Positions 37,100 through 49,354 of a stretch of 64,000 bases of DNA are shown here, piece by piece. A program made the translations under genes and the position numbers. A model generated the notes under the pieces. That model was not told where the DNA came from. It ran no database searches and saw nothing but the letters and a program-made list of their open reading frames with translations. The stretch's first letter is position 1, and each line of letters opens with the position of its first letter. The DNA comes from a virus (taxonomy: Duplodnaviria; Caudoviricetes), in the IMG/VR virus record IMGVR_UViG_3300031992_000031, positions 32,001 through 96,000 of that record, one strand, 5' to 3'.

Positions 37100-38700
37100 A
37101 AATAGAAAGGAAATAAAATGATGCATAAATCGGAATATGAAATTATGCGGCCAATAAGTCCATTGCAACGCTTATATAATATTGAAAAAACTTTATTTCC
37201 AGATATAGAAAAAATAAAAAGCAATATAGATGATTTTGAAGAAATACTTGTTGAGATTTATTCAGAAAACAGAAAGCGGTGAAGCAATAATGACAGACCA
37301 TACTCTTAATTTAATTTATGCTATTAAACAAAGTGGTAAATCATGGAATCAAGCAGTTAGTGAATACATGTCTGCATATTCTGGTTCTTCTATTGAGGAA
37401 TATGATGAATATAGTCTTAATCATATTTTAAGAGCAGCCTATTGTGATTATATATCTACTTGTGATAATCCCGCAATGGAAGTATATAACTTGTTAGAAA
37501 TGATGGATAGTTATCCAATGTATTCGCGTGCTCATCATTTAGCAAATTGTATGGGAATGGCGCAAGTAAAAGATAAAGGAAAATTTATTAATGGTTTTAG
37601 AGAATGTAATAGGAATGCTGTAAACGTACCAACTATGGATAGGAGGTGAAAGAGGATGACCACAGAGGAATTGAAGAAATTTAAAAATGAAGTATTGTCT
37701 ATAGCTGTTTTGCCTCCTTGGTGTGAAAGCATAGAAACATTAAAAATGTGGGTTGAGGGGTTTGAAGCATGTCAAAGTCAAATTATTGAGATGATTGATT
37801 CGAAAATAAAAAATATGGATCAACAACATTGAAAAGACAGTGAAGTGAATGAGTAATATATTAATTTATTTATTATTTTTTATTGCTGGTATTCTTGTCG
37901 GCGCGGGTTTAGTAATATTAACTCAATAAATTTGAGGAGTTGAAACTTCAACCCCTCTTATTTGACTTTTGTAAAATGTATATTAGGAGGATCTAAAAAT
38001 GTTTGAATCAAAAGAAATTCTAGAAGAAATGTTTCCAATTGGATATATTTATAAAGAAGAACAGGTGAATCAGCGCTTTTACTGCGCTGATGACGTAATC
38101 CTTGAAAAAATTAAAACTTATTATGGCTCTGAAAATGTAGAATGGATTTCGCCACATCATGTAATGTATAAACATTATGTAGCCCATACAGTAGATGGAT
38201 ACATTTATGATGGAAAATACTGGTATCCTGCTACTAATGATGCCCAAGGATGGCATATAATTCCAAAAGAGCAGTTAAAGTAATAATTTAAGGGAGTCAA
38301 GACTCGACTCCTCTTACTTGACTTTTTATAAAAATTATACTATAATATATATAGATAGAAAGGGGATATTTATATGGGAATGGATTTAAGTATCTATGCC
38401 GCGCCAAATCATGAAGTTTTTAATCATGATGGATGGTGGGAATCTGATAGCGTTGAAGAAAAATACTATGCTAGACGATATTGGGATTTAGTAAATCATT
38501 GTTCTTTTCTTGACAATTATACACCAGGGAGCTTTAAAGAACTAAATAAAAATAATATAGAAGAACTGGTTAAAATTGCCTGTGAATACCGTAATTATTG
38601 GTATACATATGATGATGTCCCGAAACTATGTGAATTGCGTGATGAATATGATTCAATTATAGAATCTGGTAAACATTTATACTTAGAGTATAATTACTAA
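37100..38700 (+). other. Cluster of small hypothetical ORFs
   Basis: Track ORFs ending 37649, 38283 and 38700, plus short coupled ORFs. Confidence 0.55.
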
Positions 38701-38739
38701 TAGCTTATCATTTGATAAGCATTTTTATATATCGGAGGT

Positions 38740-38955
38740 GTGGGAATATTGATTGAGAAAATTATAGAGCAATATAAAAAGTTTATGGAAGAGCATTATT
38801 CCAGTCAAGGTGAAGCCGCGGAAGATTTACATATTAGTCGTTCACATTTAAATAAAATAATTAATCGCCGCGACAATCCTTCGCTTACTTTACTTATGAG
38901 AATGGAAGAGGTTATGGAAAATGGCAAATTTAAAAGCATTATCCCTAACCAGTGA
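38740..38955 (+). CDS. XRE-family HTH protein
   Basis: SQGEAAEDLHISRSHLNKIIN..NPS. Confidence 0.8.
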   Translation: MGILIEKIIEQYKKFMEEHYSSQGEAAEDLHISRSHLNKIINRRDNPSLTLLMRMEEVMENGKFKSIIPNQ

Positions 38956-39253
38956 TATAGATAAGAGTAAGTATGATGAAGGGGTTTATGGATATATTGC
39001 GCCAAAAATGTTTCAAAAAATCAATGAAAAAATTCCTGGTAAGAATGGAAATTGCCGTACACTCCTATATTACTTAATTATGCAGAAACAAAATAGCGAT
39101 TTCAAGCCTGCAGAAGATACTATTTGTAAAGCTTGCGGTTTTACTAGTACTTCTCGTTATAGAGAGGCTCGCGATAAATTATGTGAATGGGGTCTTATTA
39201 CTCATATTCCATATAAAGAAATTAGAATAAATTATGAAAAGATAATGGAATAA
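38921..39253 (+). CDS. Winged-HTH-like protein (possible replication-related DNA binder)
   Basis: Pattern TICKACG..SRYREARDKLCEWGLI; followed by a repeat cluster. Confidence 0.5.
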   Translation: MANLKALSLTSDIDKSKYDEGVYGYIAPKMFQKINEKIPGKNGNCRTLLYYLIMQKQNSDFKPAEDTICKACGFTSTSRYREARDKLCEWGLITHIPYKEIRINYEKIME

Positions 39254-39395
39254 GTGACCGTTGAAAGGACGGACAGCCGCTGAACGGTCACTTAAATTTT
39301 ACTATATCTATGGTGTCCGTTGAAAGGATGTACAACCGCTCAGCGATACGGAAGTGACCGGTGAACGGTCGTTGAAGTGTCCGTTGAGCGTACAC
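39252..39395. repeat. Iteron-like cluster of GTG(A/T)CCG(T/G)TGA repeats
   Basis: Four direct copies plus inverted AAGTGACCGTT/AACGGTCACTT. Confidence 0.7.
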
Positions 39396-39473
39396 ATAAC
39401 AAATAAAATATAATAAAACAAAATAAGCGTCGATGTGTGCCCTGGCGGGCACACCGCCGCGAAAGGGGCAAAT

Positions 39474-42400
39474 ATGAAAAACTTAACGGATAATAACTTT
39501 TTAAAAAATCAAACAAAAGAACAACTTATAATTTATCTTCATAATACAGAACTAGAGCTTGAGAGTTTACGTGATCGAATGTATAAAATAACAGGATGCC
39601 GTGATTTTGGTAATCTTGATGGAATGAATGGCACCTGTATTGATTGTTCTTATAATGAAAAAGAATTATTTGACAAATGTTGGAATTTTAAATTCAGTAA
39701 GGAGAAATAAATGAAAGTAAAAATTAAAATTTCTTACGAATGGGAAGAAGATATGACCGAAGCCTGGGAAGAGTGGAAATCCGATGGTTATTCTATTGAA
39801 GAATTTAAAGAAAAAGAAATATGTTATCAAGATACTATTTCACGATTAGATACCGCCGCGGATAATCATATATGTTATGACTATAAAAGAAATTTAGAGG
39901 TAAAATGGGATGAGTAAAACAAATTGTTGTAACTGTGGTGCTGCTCTTGATATCTTTGCGCCAAAATGTGAATATTGTGGTACAAAGAATATTAATATGA
40001 CTGATATCGATTTAGCTTCTGGCGAAGCCGCGAATTTCATTTTCAAATTACCAAATAATATTAGTGTCAATGGTAATATATATATGTCTATGCTTGCTGT
40101 GCCAGAACTAAAAACATTAGAAATGACAAGTGAACCAATAAATATATATGGCGGTTGGAGCGATACTAAATTAGGCTATATAAATAGTTATTCATTAGAA
40201 ATGGGACTAAATTTACGTGCTGTAAATCGTCCAGATAATTCTCTTTGTTATTTGACAACTAAATAAAATTATGATATAATAAAAGAAAAAGAGGTATACA
40301 AAATGGAAATTAATGCCGAAATGAACAAAGTATTTGGACAAGAGATGGCTAAACTTTTTGCCGCGACTATTGATGAAAAAGAATTAAAGGAAAAAGCGCA
40401 GCAAGTCTGGCGCGAAATGAATCATCAAGAAAGATCCTATTATAATCCTAGGACTAATTCAAGAATTGAAAGATATATCGAAGATCAGATACTTAATCGT
40501 CTTTATGAAAAAATCGAAACTATTCTAAAAGAACCAATTAATGAAGAGGTGCTTGAAAAGAAAGCGCGAGAAATAGTTGATAAAGCTAGACGTGCAGGAG
40601 AAGAAGCAATTATACGAGATATGGCTCACCATATGGCAAATAATGCTTTATCTATATATGGTCGTAATGAAAGTATTGTTCAAGAAATACTATCAGAAAT
40701 GAGTCTACAAAAAGAAAATAATAGAATATACTAACAGGCGGTGAAGTGGAATGCGTGAATTAATATATCGTGATGATTGTGATCTCAATGCGCCATCTAT
40801 GGATAGAGATGGCATGATACGTGATTTAATGAATGAATATTCTTTAAATTGGGAAGAATGCGATGAAGAGAAAGTCTTTGAATTCGCAAAAGAACTTATG
40901 GAGAAGGCACAAAATGTAATTAATACTGCACCTACCATTACCACAGATGAAGTAATTGCTTATAAATGTCCTGAATGCAAAACAGTTAGTATCTTATATA
41001 ATAACGATGAATTCTGTCCTGTTTGCGGTATTAGGAGGAAATATGGAAATTATTGAAACTATTCCTATTTATGGCCCACCAATTTGGCCAGTTATTACTA
41101 TTGTTATTGGTATTATAATTACAATTATCTCTATCTCGGCTTTACGTGATACCGAATATGTAGGAATAATTGTAGCTCTTATTGCTATTATAATTATATT
41201 AACTGGAATAATCTCTCTGATTATTTTACGGGAAAGTGAATTTGATCATAATGAATATGTAGTACGTATTACTGATATGCCAACTCAGGAATTTATAGAA
41301 AAATATGAAATAACAAAACATTTTGACTACTCTGATGTAATTCAAGTAAAGGAGATTGAAAATAAATGAAAGTAATTGCTCGCCCGCTAGGTACGGGTAA
41401 AACTAAAGAACTAATGGATATGGCACTTGAGGCTGATGGTATTATTCTTACTACAAATAAACGAGCACTTCAAGTAAAAGCAGAAGCTTATGGCTTTGAT
41501 TCTCTATGCATTATTGACCTTGCTGATTTATTTTATGGTGATTTTGACCATACTAAGCCGCTATTTGTGCATAAACTTGATGATGTTATGCAAGAATATT
41601 TTAAGGCAGATTTTGATCTCGATCTGCAAGGATTTAGTGTTAGAATGGGAGATTAATATGTTTTATAGTTATAAAGATGGTATAAATACAACAATATGTT
41701 CTTCAGATGAACTAACAGAGTTAGTACATAATACCGTTAAATATTACGAAGAAAAGGTTGAAAAACTAATAAAGAAAAATAAACAATTATATTCAGATGC
41801 AGAATCTATTGTAAGAAAAGATTATGAAAAGCAAATTAATAGTCTTAAAGAACAATTAAGTCTATCATATGGTAAGTTTGCTTCACGAAAAGAAAAAGAA
41901 GCATATAAACAGTTCGCGGAAAAGCATATGCATGATAGACAAACATCTATATATAACGGCGGCCGTGCGCCTTATGTAATTCCAACTGGAACTGGTGTTG
42001 GTACTATTTTTAAGGTGATATGCCCCATTTGCGGGGAATCAAAGGATATTACAGATACAAATGTGTGGTGATGTTATATGGAAAAATATGATTATAAGCG
42101 CGCTCTTATAAATGATCTTAAAGATTGGATAGTAAATAATACTGATATTATGGAAACCAGTATTGAAGATGGGCTTAGTGATGATATATTTAATTGGATT
42201 TATGATGAAACCTGGGGTGAAGATGAAATAACAGGCAATGGAATTTTTGGATATGCACCCGCAAGTAAATGTGAAGAATATCTTGCTGGTAATCTTCATC
42301 TCGCACTTGAAGCGCTAGACTCATTTGGAGCATCATTTAAAGACTTACTACCAAAAGCTAATGATGAGTTTATTCGTTATCTAGATTGTACTATTAGATG

Positions 42401-42833
42401 TTATCTTCTAATGGATTGTATTTATATTGCCGTGGAGGAACTTAAAAATGAAATGGGAAGATTATCAAAATAATCAATGGGAACTATATCAAAACCGTGA
42501 GAAAACAGATATTGAATGTCCTAAATGCGGCGCTCTGCTTTGGCGCCGAACAGATATGGTTCTTACAAGTTATCCGCCTCAGTTTAGATATGAATGCGAT
42601 GCTTGCGGATGGGCGGGAAGTGGAAAATGACTGTAAAAGATTTAATTGATGAATTAAAAGAAATGCCGCAAGATTGGCCTGTATGTATTGACGACTATAT
42701 AGGTTCTATTGAATCCACTGAGGAAACTATTAAAATAGAAAAGAAAAAGTATATTACTTTTCCTTTTACTAACAATGATGAATTTAATTATATAAATTTA
42801 AGAGGGCAAAAATTTGACTACTACCCTTACTGA
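39474..42833 (+). other. Cluster of ~11 small hypothetical ORFs (several Zn ribbons, one 2-TM protein, one P-loop-like)
   Basis: Coupled + strand ORFs in the track. Confidence 0.6.
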
Positions 42834-43020
42834 TACTAATGAATTTAATTATATAAATTTAATAGATAAAAGATTTAATTATTAATTTATTGTGAGTCAA
42901 ATATTTAATAAACAAGACAGAGGTTTGACTTTTATAAAAATTATGTTATAATAAATATAGAAAGGGAACAAGATGATGTTTAACTTTCATAAAATTTTTA
43001 TAATATAAAGGAGAAAAAAT

Positions 43021-43440
43021 ATGACTCACGCTACTAGAAACACTACAACCGGACTACAGTTTGAAGAACAGGTACAAGTTAAATCTGAAGGTATTAATCT
43101 TACTAAATACAATCTTTATAAATATCTTGACCAAAATAAAATTAATTGGAAAGATATTATTAGTAAGAAATTGCTTCCAGATGAAGCTTACTTTAATCCA
43201 AAAACTAAAGAACTTAAAATTTATGAAAAAAAATTTCAGCAGACGGCAGGCTCTGCAGATGAAAAACCTCAGACTTGTGCTTTTAAAATTTATCAGTTTA
43301 GAAAAATTGGTAAAGCGATAGGCGCAGAAAAGGTTACTTATACTTATCTTTTAAGTTCTTGGTTTGCTAAACCTGAATATAAGGATATGCTTGATTATAT
43401 CAAATCTGTAGAAGGATGTGATTATAAAATTATGGAGTGA
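43021..43440 (+). CDS. PD-(D/E)XK restriction-endonuclease-like protein
   Basis: FEE, PDE..IYEKKFQ..GSADEK. Confidence 0.6.
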   Translation: MTHATRNTTTGLQFEEQVQVKSEGINLTKYNLYKYLDQNKINWKDIISKKLLPDEAYFNPKTKELKIYEKKFQQTAGSADEKPQTCAFKIYQFRKIGKAIGAEKVTYTYLLSSWFAKPEYKDMLDYIKSVEGCDYKIME

Positions 43441-43444
43441 TATT

Positions 43445-43972
43445 ATGGCTTTAAATAAAGGATATTTAACTGCAAAAACCGATAAGGCTTCAGATGAAGT
43501 ATATACACCAGCCTACGCGGTAAAACCAATTTTAAAATACATTAAACCTAATGATATAGTATGGTGTCCATTTGATATGAATGATAGCGAATATGTTCAA
43601 TTAATTCGTGCAAATGGAAATAAAGTAATTGCAACTCATATAGATACCGGTGAAAATTTTTTTGAATATGAACCTGAAGAACATTATGATGTAATTATTT
43701 CTAATCCCCCATTTTCTATTAAAGATGATATTATTAAGCATCTATATGAAATTGATAAACCTTATGCTATGTTGTTGCCAATTCCTTCGTTACAAGGACA
43801 AAAACGCTTCCAATACATGAAGGATTGTCAAGCTCTTATCTTTGATAAGCGCGTGAACTACTACACAGACCCAACTAAGAAGGAAGTACAAAAAGGTGTT
43901 AGTTTTGGTTCGTTCTATCTTTGTCGAAACTTTTTACCTAAAGATTTAATTTTTGAAGAACTAGAAGTTTGA
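43445..43972 (+). CDS. DNA amino-(N6-adenine) methyltransferase
   Basis: DEVYTP, WCPFD, ISNPPFS. Confidence 0.8.
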   Translation: MALNKGYLTAKTDKASDEVYTPAYAVKPILKYIKPNDIVWCPFDMNDSEYVQLIRANGNKVIATHIDTGENFFEYEPEEHYDVIISNPPFSIKDDIIKHLYEIDKPYAMLLPIPSLQGQKRFQYMKDCQALIFDKRVNYYTDPTKKEVQKGVSFGSFYLCRNFLPKDLIFEELEV

Positions 43973-44028
43973 CTTCTAGTTCAATTTATGTTATAATTAA
44001 ATGTAAAGAGAAAGAAGGATGTGATGAA

Positions 44029-45900
44029 ATGCCAGAACAAGCATATGATATAAATTCAATTCAAAGTCTAGATTTTCGTGAAGGCGTTCGCACCCGTATA
44101 CAAATGTATCTTGGTAGCGATGATATTGAAGGAACTTATCAGGCTTTGAAGGAAATCATCAATAATAGTACAGATGAAGCATTAGCTGGATATGGCAATA
44201 AAATTGAAATTATGCTACATTCTGATAGAAATGGTATCCGCGTGCGTGACTATGGCCGTGGAGTTCCTTTTGGAATTCGTGAAGATGGAGAAAATGTTTT
44301 GGTATCCATCTATACAAAATCCCATACCGGTGGAAAATTTGACCATAACGTTTATAAAAATGCCAGCGGGCTAAATGGCATTGGTGGCTCTTGTGTTTGT
44401 CTTTCTTCTTCATATTTTGAAATTACAAGTATTAGAGACGGCAAAAAGGCACAAGCAATATTCAAGGAAGGAAACCTTGTATCCTATAAAGAGTCATCAG
44501 AAAAAGTTTTAAAAAGCGGTACAGATATTTATTTTGAACCAGACCCAAAAGTTTTTTCTAATGGAGAAATACAATATGACTATGCTCGAATTTGTCAAGA
44601 CATTGAAAATATTTCGTATCTATATCCTGGAATCACTTTTGTTGTAGAAGATAAGATATCTGGCGCAAAAAATACTTATTGCGCGAAAAATGGCATAATT
44701 GATTTTGTATCACAGGCTATAAAGAAACCATTACACAAACATATTATTACTGGTTCAGCTACAGATGGAACAGATTCGCTTGAGATTGCTTTTCAATGGG
44801 GAACTCGTCATGAAACGGCATATGTATTTGTAAATGGTTTACGGTGTCCCGAAGGAGGTAGTCCCATTACGGGTGCTCGTGCCGCAATTACAAAGACATT
44901 TAATACTCTTGCGAATGCTTCTTTTGATGGAGAATATATTCGTAAAAATTTATTCTATGTTATTAATTGCAATGTAGAAAATCCATCTTTTGCTAATCAG
45001 ACAAAATCTAAAATAAATAATGCTTCTTTGCGGACATTGGCTTCTACCGCATTTACTAATGCTTTAAAGGATATGAATACTCAATATCCAAGCGAGTTTA
45101 ATGTAGTGGCAGAAATGCTTACTAAGATTGAAAAAGCAGAAGCCGCTGCAACTCGTGCTCGTGAAGCCATTATGAATCATGAGAAAGAGATGGCTACCGC
45201 CGCGAAGAAGAAAGTTATTGATAATGATAAACTTCTTGAAGCGCGTAAATTAGGTGATGATGCAATGCTTGTACTAGTTGAGGGTGAAAGCGCAGGCGGA
45301 TCGGTAGCAAATGGACGACAAAAAGCTCCTGGTGGAGAAAAAGTTGGTATCCTTAAGTTACGCGGAAAAGCAATTAATGCGCTCGCAAATCCGATAGATA
45401 AGGTACTTGAAAATGAAGAAGTAAAGTTATTATTGCAAGCATTAGGAATTACTTATGGACAAAAATATAACAGTAAGAAATTAAGATATGGAAAGATTGC
45501 AATTTGCTCTGACGCAGACTTCGATGGTTCTCATATTGGATTACTAGTTATGGCAATCATTCAAAAACTTTGTCCAGAATTTATACAAGAAGGTAGACTA
45601 TACTGGTTAAAAGCGCCTGTATGTAAGTTAGAAAGTAAAGGAAAAACCTACTATTACTATACGGAAGAAGAAGTTGAGAACCGTAAGGAAACAAGCGGTG
45701 AAATGACATTCTTCAAAGGTATAGGTCAAATGCAGAAAAAAGATTTACAGGAGTCACTTTTTAGTCCTGCAAATCAGCATCTTGAACAACTTAAACCCAC
45801 AGGAGATGGAGTAGAAGTATTACTTGAACTTATGGGTGAAGATGTACAGCCGAGAAAAGATTATGTACAAGGAATTGACTTTGGAGGATTTAGATTATGA
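44029..45900 (+). CDS. gyrB: Type IIA topoisomerase B subunit (GyrB/ParE-like)
   Basis: EIINNSTDE, DYGRGVP, GLNGIG, EGESA, LRGK, DADFDG. Confidence 0.9.
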   Translation: MPEQAYDINSIQSLDFREGVRTRIQMYLGSDDIEGTYQALKEIINNSTDEALAGYGNKIEIMLHSDRNGIRVRDYGRGVPFGIREDGENVLVSIYTKSHTGGKFDHNVYKNASGLNGIGGSCVCLSSSYFEITSIRDGKKAQAIFKEGNLVSYKESSEKVLKSGTDIYFEPDPKVFSNGEIQYDYARICQDIENISYLYPGITFVVEDKISGAKNTYCAKNGIIDFVSQAIKKPLHKHIITGSATDGTDSLEIAFQWGTRHETAYVFVNGLRCPEGGSPITGARAAITKTFNTLANASFDGEYIRKNLFYVINCNVENPSFANQTKSKINNASLRTLASTAFTNALKDMNTQYPSEFNVVAEMLTKIEKAEAAATRAREAIMNHEKEMATAAKKKVIDNDKLLEARKLGDDAMLVLVEGESAGGSVANGRQKAPGGEKVGILKLRGKAINALANPIDKVLENEEVKLLLQALGITYGQKYNSKKLRYGKIAICSDADFDGSHIGLLVMAIIQKLCPEFIQEGRLYWLKAPVCKLESKGKTYYYYTEEEVENRKETSGEMTFFKGIGQMQKKDLQESLFSPANQHLEQLKPTGDGVEVLLELMGEDVQPRKDYVQGIDFGGFRL

Positions 45901-47981
45901 TAACTGCTCGTAATATGGAAGAAGTTGTAACTGAAAATTTTGAGCGTTATGCAGGTAATGTAATCCTTGATCGCGCAATTTGTGATGTTCGTGATATGTT
46001 AAAACCTAGCGCGCGAATGTTAATGTATTCTCAGCAGCATATAACTAAAAATACTCATAAGAAACCGTTTATCAAAAGTGCTCGTGTAGTTGGTGATTGT
46101 CTGGGTCATTTATATGAGCATGGTGACTCTTCCTGCTATGGTGCGTATATTCGTATGGCTAAACCATATGCTATGCGCTATCCTCTTGAAGAATGTCAAG
46201 GTTCATATGGTACCATGATTACCAATGGTGATGAAGCATCTATGCGTTATACCGAATTGCGTTTAAATGAACTATCAAGTTACATTTATGGCGGCTTAGA
46301 TGAAAACGCCATTGGCCCAGATGCCTGGAGAAATAACTTCGATGAAACAGAGCAATATCCTGGAGTTATGCCGAGTATTGGATATTTTAATATCTGTAAT
46401 GGCACTCAGGGATTGGGCATAGCTATTTCGTCTTCAATTCCGCAATTTAATATCAAAGAAGTAAATGGTGCGATAGTTAAGTTAATTAAGGATCCAAACT
46501 CACCAGACGATCAGATTATTGTAATGCCAGATTTTGCAACTGGTGGAATCCTTACCAATCAGAAGGAAGTCTATGAATCACTTCGTCTTGGTAATGGTAA
46601 ATCATGTCGCCTTCGCGCGAAAATTGATTATAATCCCGCAACAAATAGTTTAATTGTAACTGAAATTCCATATGGAGTTTATACAGAAAAAATCACAGGA
46701 GCAATTAAGGCTATGATCTTGGATGATGAAAATTGTGGAATTAAATCTGTAAATGATAATAGTGGTGATACTGCGGAAATTCATATTGAACTTGAAAAAG
46801 GTGTTAATCCGCAGAAAATGATAGCTAAATTATATCATGATACACCACTTGAATCTCATTTTACTATTAATATGTGGGTATTGAAAGATGGACGTTTTCC
46901 AACTCTAATGGGACTGCGGGAAATTTTTCATAGCTATATTGAACATATTAGAATTTGTAAGCGTCGTGAAATTGAATTTGAATTGAATAAAGCGCTGGCA
47001 CGCGAAAACATTATCGAAGGATTACTATTAGCAATAGCAAATATTGATGATATTGTTGCTATCATTAAGGGGAGCGATAGTCCCGCGGATGCAGCAAAAG
47101 CATTGATAGCAAAATATGGATTTAATAAAGAACAGGTAGACGCAATTCTTGCTATGAAGCTATCTTCTTTATGCCGACTTGATGGCGTAAAATTAAATGA
47201 TGAGCTAGCAGAAAAAAGAAGGTTTATTGCTGACTGTCACTACCTATTATCTGAGCCTACTGCCCTTGATGAAAAATTGATTGAAACTCTAGAAGAAGTA
47301 GCAAAACGTTTTGGTGACAATAGACGTACACAAATTACTAATATTCTTGGTGATGAAGAAGAACCTGAAGAAATAAAAGAACAAGATATTGCTGTTATTT
47401 ATAATGGTAAAATTGTTAAATTAGTAGAAAAAGAAAAGGCTTCTAAAATCTCTAAACAAGAGGTAATTTATACTACAAATCTTGGTTCATTAACATTAAT
47501 TACTGATGCCGGTAAAATGTATAATGCATCTTTAAGTAAATTAAAATTAAACAAAGATTATAAATTAGGTGAAGTGTTTGAAATTGGAGGAGAACATCCG
47601 CGCCTACTGATTGATACATTATCATTTAATGCTTATAAAACTTTAACTTGTATTACAAGAAATGGGTTTATTAAAAAGAGTTCTATTGCCGAATATACAG
47701 CACGTTCTAAAAAAGGTACAATTGTATTAAAACTAGATGAATCTGATTCTCTAATAGCAGTAATACTTAGTAGTGATGATAATGACAAAATTGTAATTAT
47801 TGGAAATAATGATTATTATAATTGTTACCCATTAAAAGATATTAATTGCACCGGACGTGCTACTAAAGGTGTAAAAGCTATTAAACTAGAAGAAAATGGA
47901 TTTGTAAAAGAGGCCAAGTGGATAGGTGATAATTCATATAAAATTACCGGTCGAGCGGTAAAAGGAGTTAAAAATGGATAA
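45897..47981 (+). CDS. gyrA: Type IIA topoisomerase A subunit (GyrA/ParC-like)
   Basis: KSARVVG, HGDSS, ASMRYTE, PDFATGG; short CTD with no obvious GyrA box. Confidence 0.88.
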   Translation: MITARNMEEVVTENFERYAGNVILDRAICDVRDMLKPSARMLMYSQQHITKNTHKKPFIKSARVVGDCLGHLYEHGDSSCYGAYIRMAKPYAMRYPLEECQGSYGTMITNGDEASMRYTELRLNELSSYIYGGLDENAIGPDAWRNNFDETEQYPGVMPSIGYFNICNGTQGLGIAISSSIPQFNIKEVNGAIVKLIKDPNSPDDQIIVMPDFATGGILTNQKEVYESLRLGNGKSCRLRAKIDYNPATNSLIVTEIPYGVYTEKITGAIKAMILDDENCGIKSVNDNSGDTAEIHIELEKGVNPQKMIAKLYHDTPLESHFTINMWVLKDGRFPTLMGLREIFHSYIEHIRICKRREIEFELNKALARENIIEGLLLAIANIDDIVAIIKGSDSPADAAKALIAKYGFNKEQVDAILAMKLSSLCRLDGVKLNDELAEKRRFIADCHYLLSEPTALDEKLIETLEEVAKRFGDNRRTQITNILGDEEEPEEIKEQDIAVIYNGKIVKLVEKEKASKISKQEVIYTTNLGSLTLITDAGKMYNASLSKLKLNKDYKLGEVFEIGGEHPRLLIDTLSFNAYKTLTCITRNGFIKKSSIAEYTARSKKGTIVLKLDESDSLIAVILSSDDNDKIVIIGNNDYYNCYPLKDINCTGRATKGVKAIKLEENGFVKEAKWIGDNSYKITGRAVKGVKNG

Positions 47982-48360
47982 AAAATATATTACACTATTT
48001 AAGGATCTAGCGCAATCTACCGCATCTTCCGCAGAAACGGTAATGGATTATGACCGTGAGAAAAACGATCAGAAAGGGCTAGAAACAGCGCAAACTATGC
48101 GTGATGATTTTCAAGATCTAGCAAATAGAATTAATACAACTGAATATACTATGACAAAGAGTGATGCCGCAAAATTGCTAGTTGGGACAATGATTATAAC
48201 CAATCAAATACAAGATCGTATTAATGGTTTAAAAAAAGCAATGACCGGATATCAAACAGATGTAATTCCTAAATTACAAGAAATTGTAGACAATGCTAAT
48301 ACAGATGAAGAAGCTAATGAATTAGCAAATAAAAAATTTATAATTGAAGATAACGATTGA
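47974..48360 (+). CDS. hypothetical protein
   Basis: Coupled ORF with RBS. Confidence 0.65.
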   Translation: MDKKYITLFKDLAQSTASSAETVMDYDREKNDQKGLETAQTMRDDFQDLANRINTTEYTMTKSDAAKLLVGTMIITNQIQDRINGLKKAMTGYQTDVIPKLQEIVDNANTDEEANELANKKFIIEDND

Positions 48361-48490
48361 ATATTTGACTATTTTGAAAATTTATTGTATAATAATAGTG
48401 TAAGAAGAGAAGCAGAGGAAGTCATGAGCCTCTGAGATAATGTGCCTCATCACAAGTCTCTTACGATTTTAATCAATGAGGTGATTAAAC

Positions 48491-49321
48491 ATGGGATATA
48501 TTTATAAAATTACTAATTTAGTCAATAATAAGGCTTATGTTGGACAAACAAAATAGCCTATTGAAATAAGGTGGGAAGCGCATGTATATGCGGCTTTCAG
48601 AGAAAATGACGATAATAGATATTATCTTCATCGTGCTATAAATAAATATGGTTTAGAAAATTTTAAATTTGAAATAATTGAAGAAGTTCCCAATACTAAA
48701 TTGGATGAAAGAGAAATTTATTGGATAGCACATTTTCACACATATAGATATGACGAAGAAGGAAATCAAGGTTATAATCTAACTCGTGGCGGTAAAGGTA
48801 ACTGGAAATTTGAACCAGAAGCGCTATTGAAAGCATTTTTTAATAATAATGAACATTTAGGAAATACATGTAAAGATATTGGATGTGCAGAGCCAACTTT
48901 AATCAAGGTTTTACAAGAAAATGGATTATTTGGTAAAGGTAGTATGACTTCAGTATATCAAATATCTTTGGTAGATGGAAGTATTATTAAGAAGTTTGAT
49001 TCAGCCATAGAAGTTATGAAAACTTTTAATCGTTGTAAAACTGCAATATGTGATGCAATGAATGGTAGACAGAAAACTGCTGCTGGATATATATGGTGTA
49101 AAGTAGAAGATTATCCTAATTTTAAACTTGAAGAACATATAGATAATAAGCAAAAGAAAGTATTATGTGTGGAAAAGAATTTACAATTTAATATGATTAA
49201 AGATGCTGGCAAATGGGTATATGAAAATGGATATACGACTAGTAGAGAAGTAAATGCAAATATATGTAGAGCATGTAAAAAAGGTATAAAAGCATACGGC
49301 TTCCATTGGCAGTATGTATAA
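48491..49321 (+). CDS. Free-standing GIY-YIG homing endonuclease (TAG=Gln at 48554)
   Basis: MGYIYKITN..KAYVGQT..RW upstream of and in frame with track ORF 48701; NUMOD1-like repeats. Confidence 0.85.
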
Positions 49322-49354
49322 TAATAAAAATATTTATAAAAGAGGTAATGTAAA

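Noticed and set aside
42770-42885. Imperfect ~60-nt tandem duplication at a gene end
   Set aside because: Looks like a local duplication or recombination scar with no evident function.
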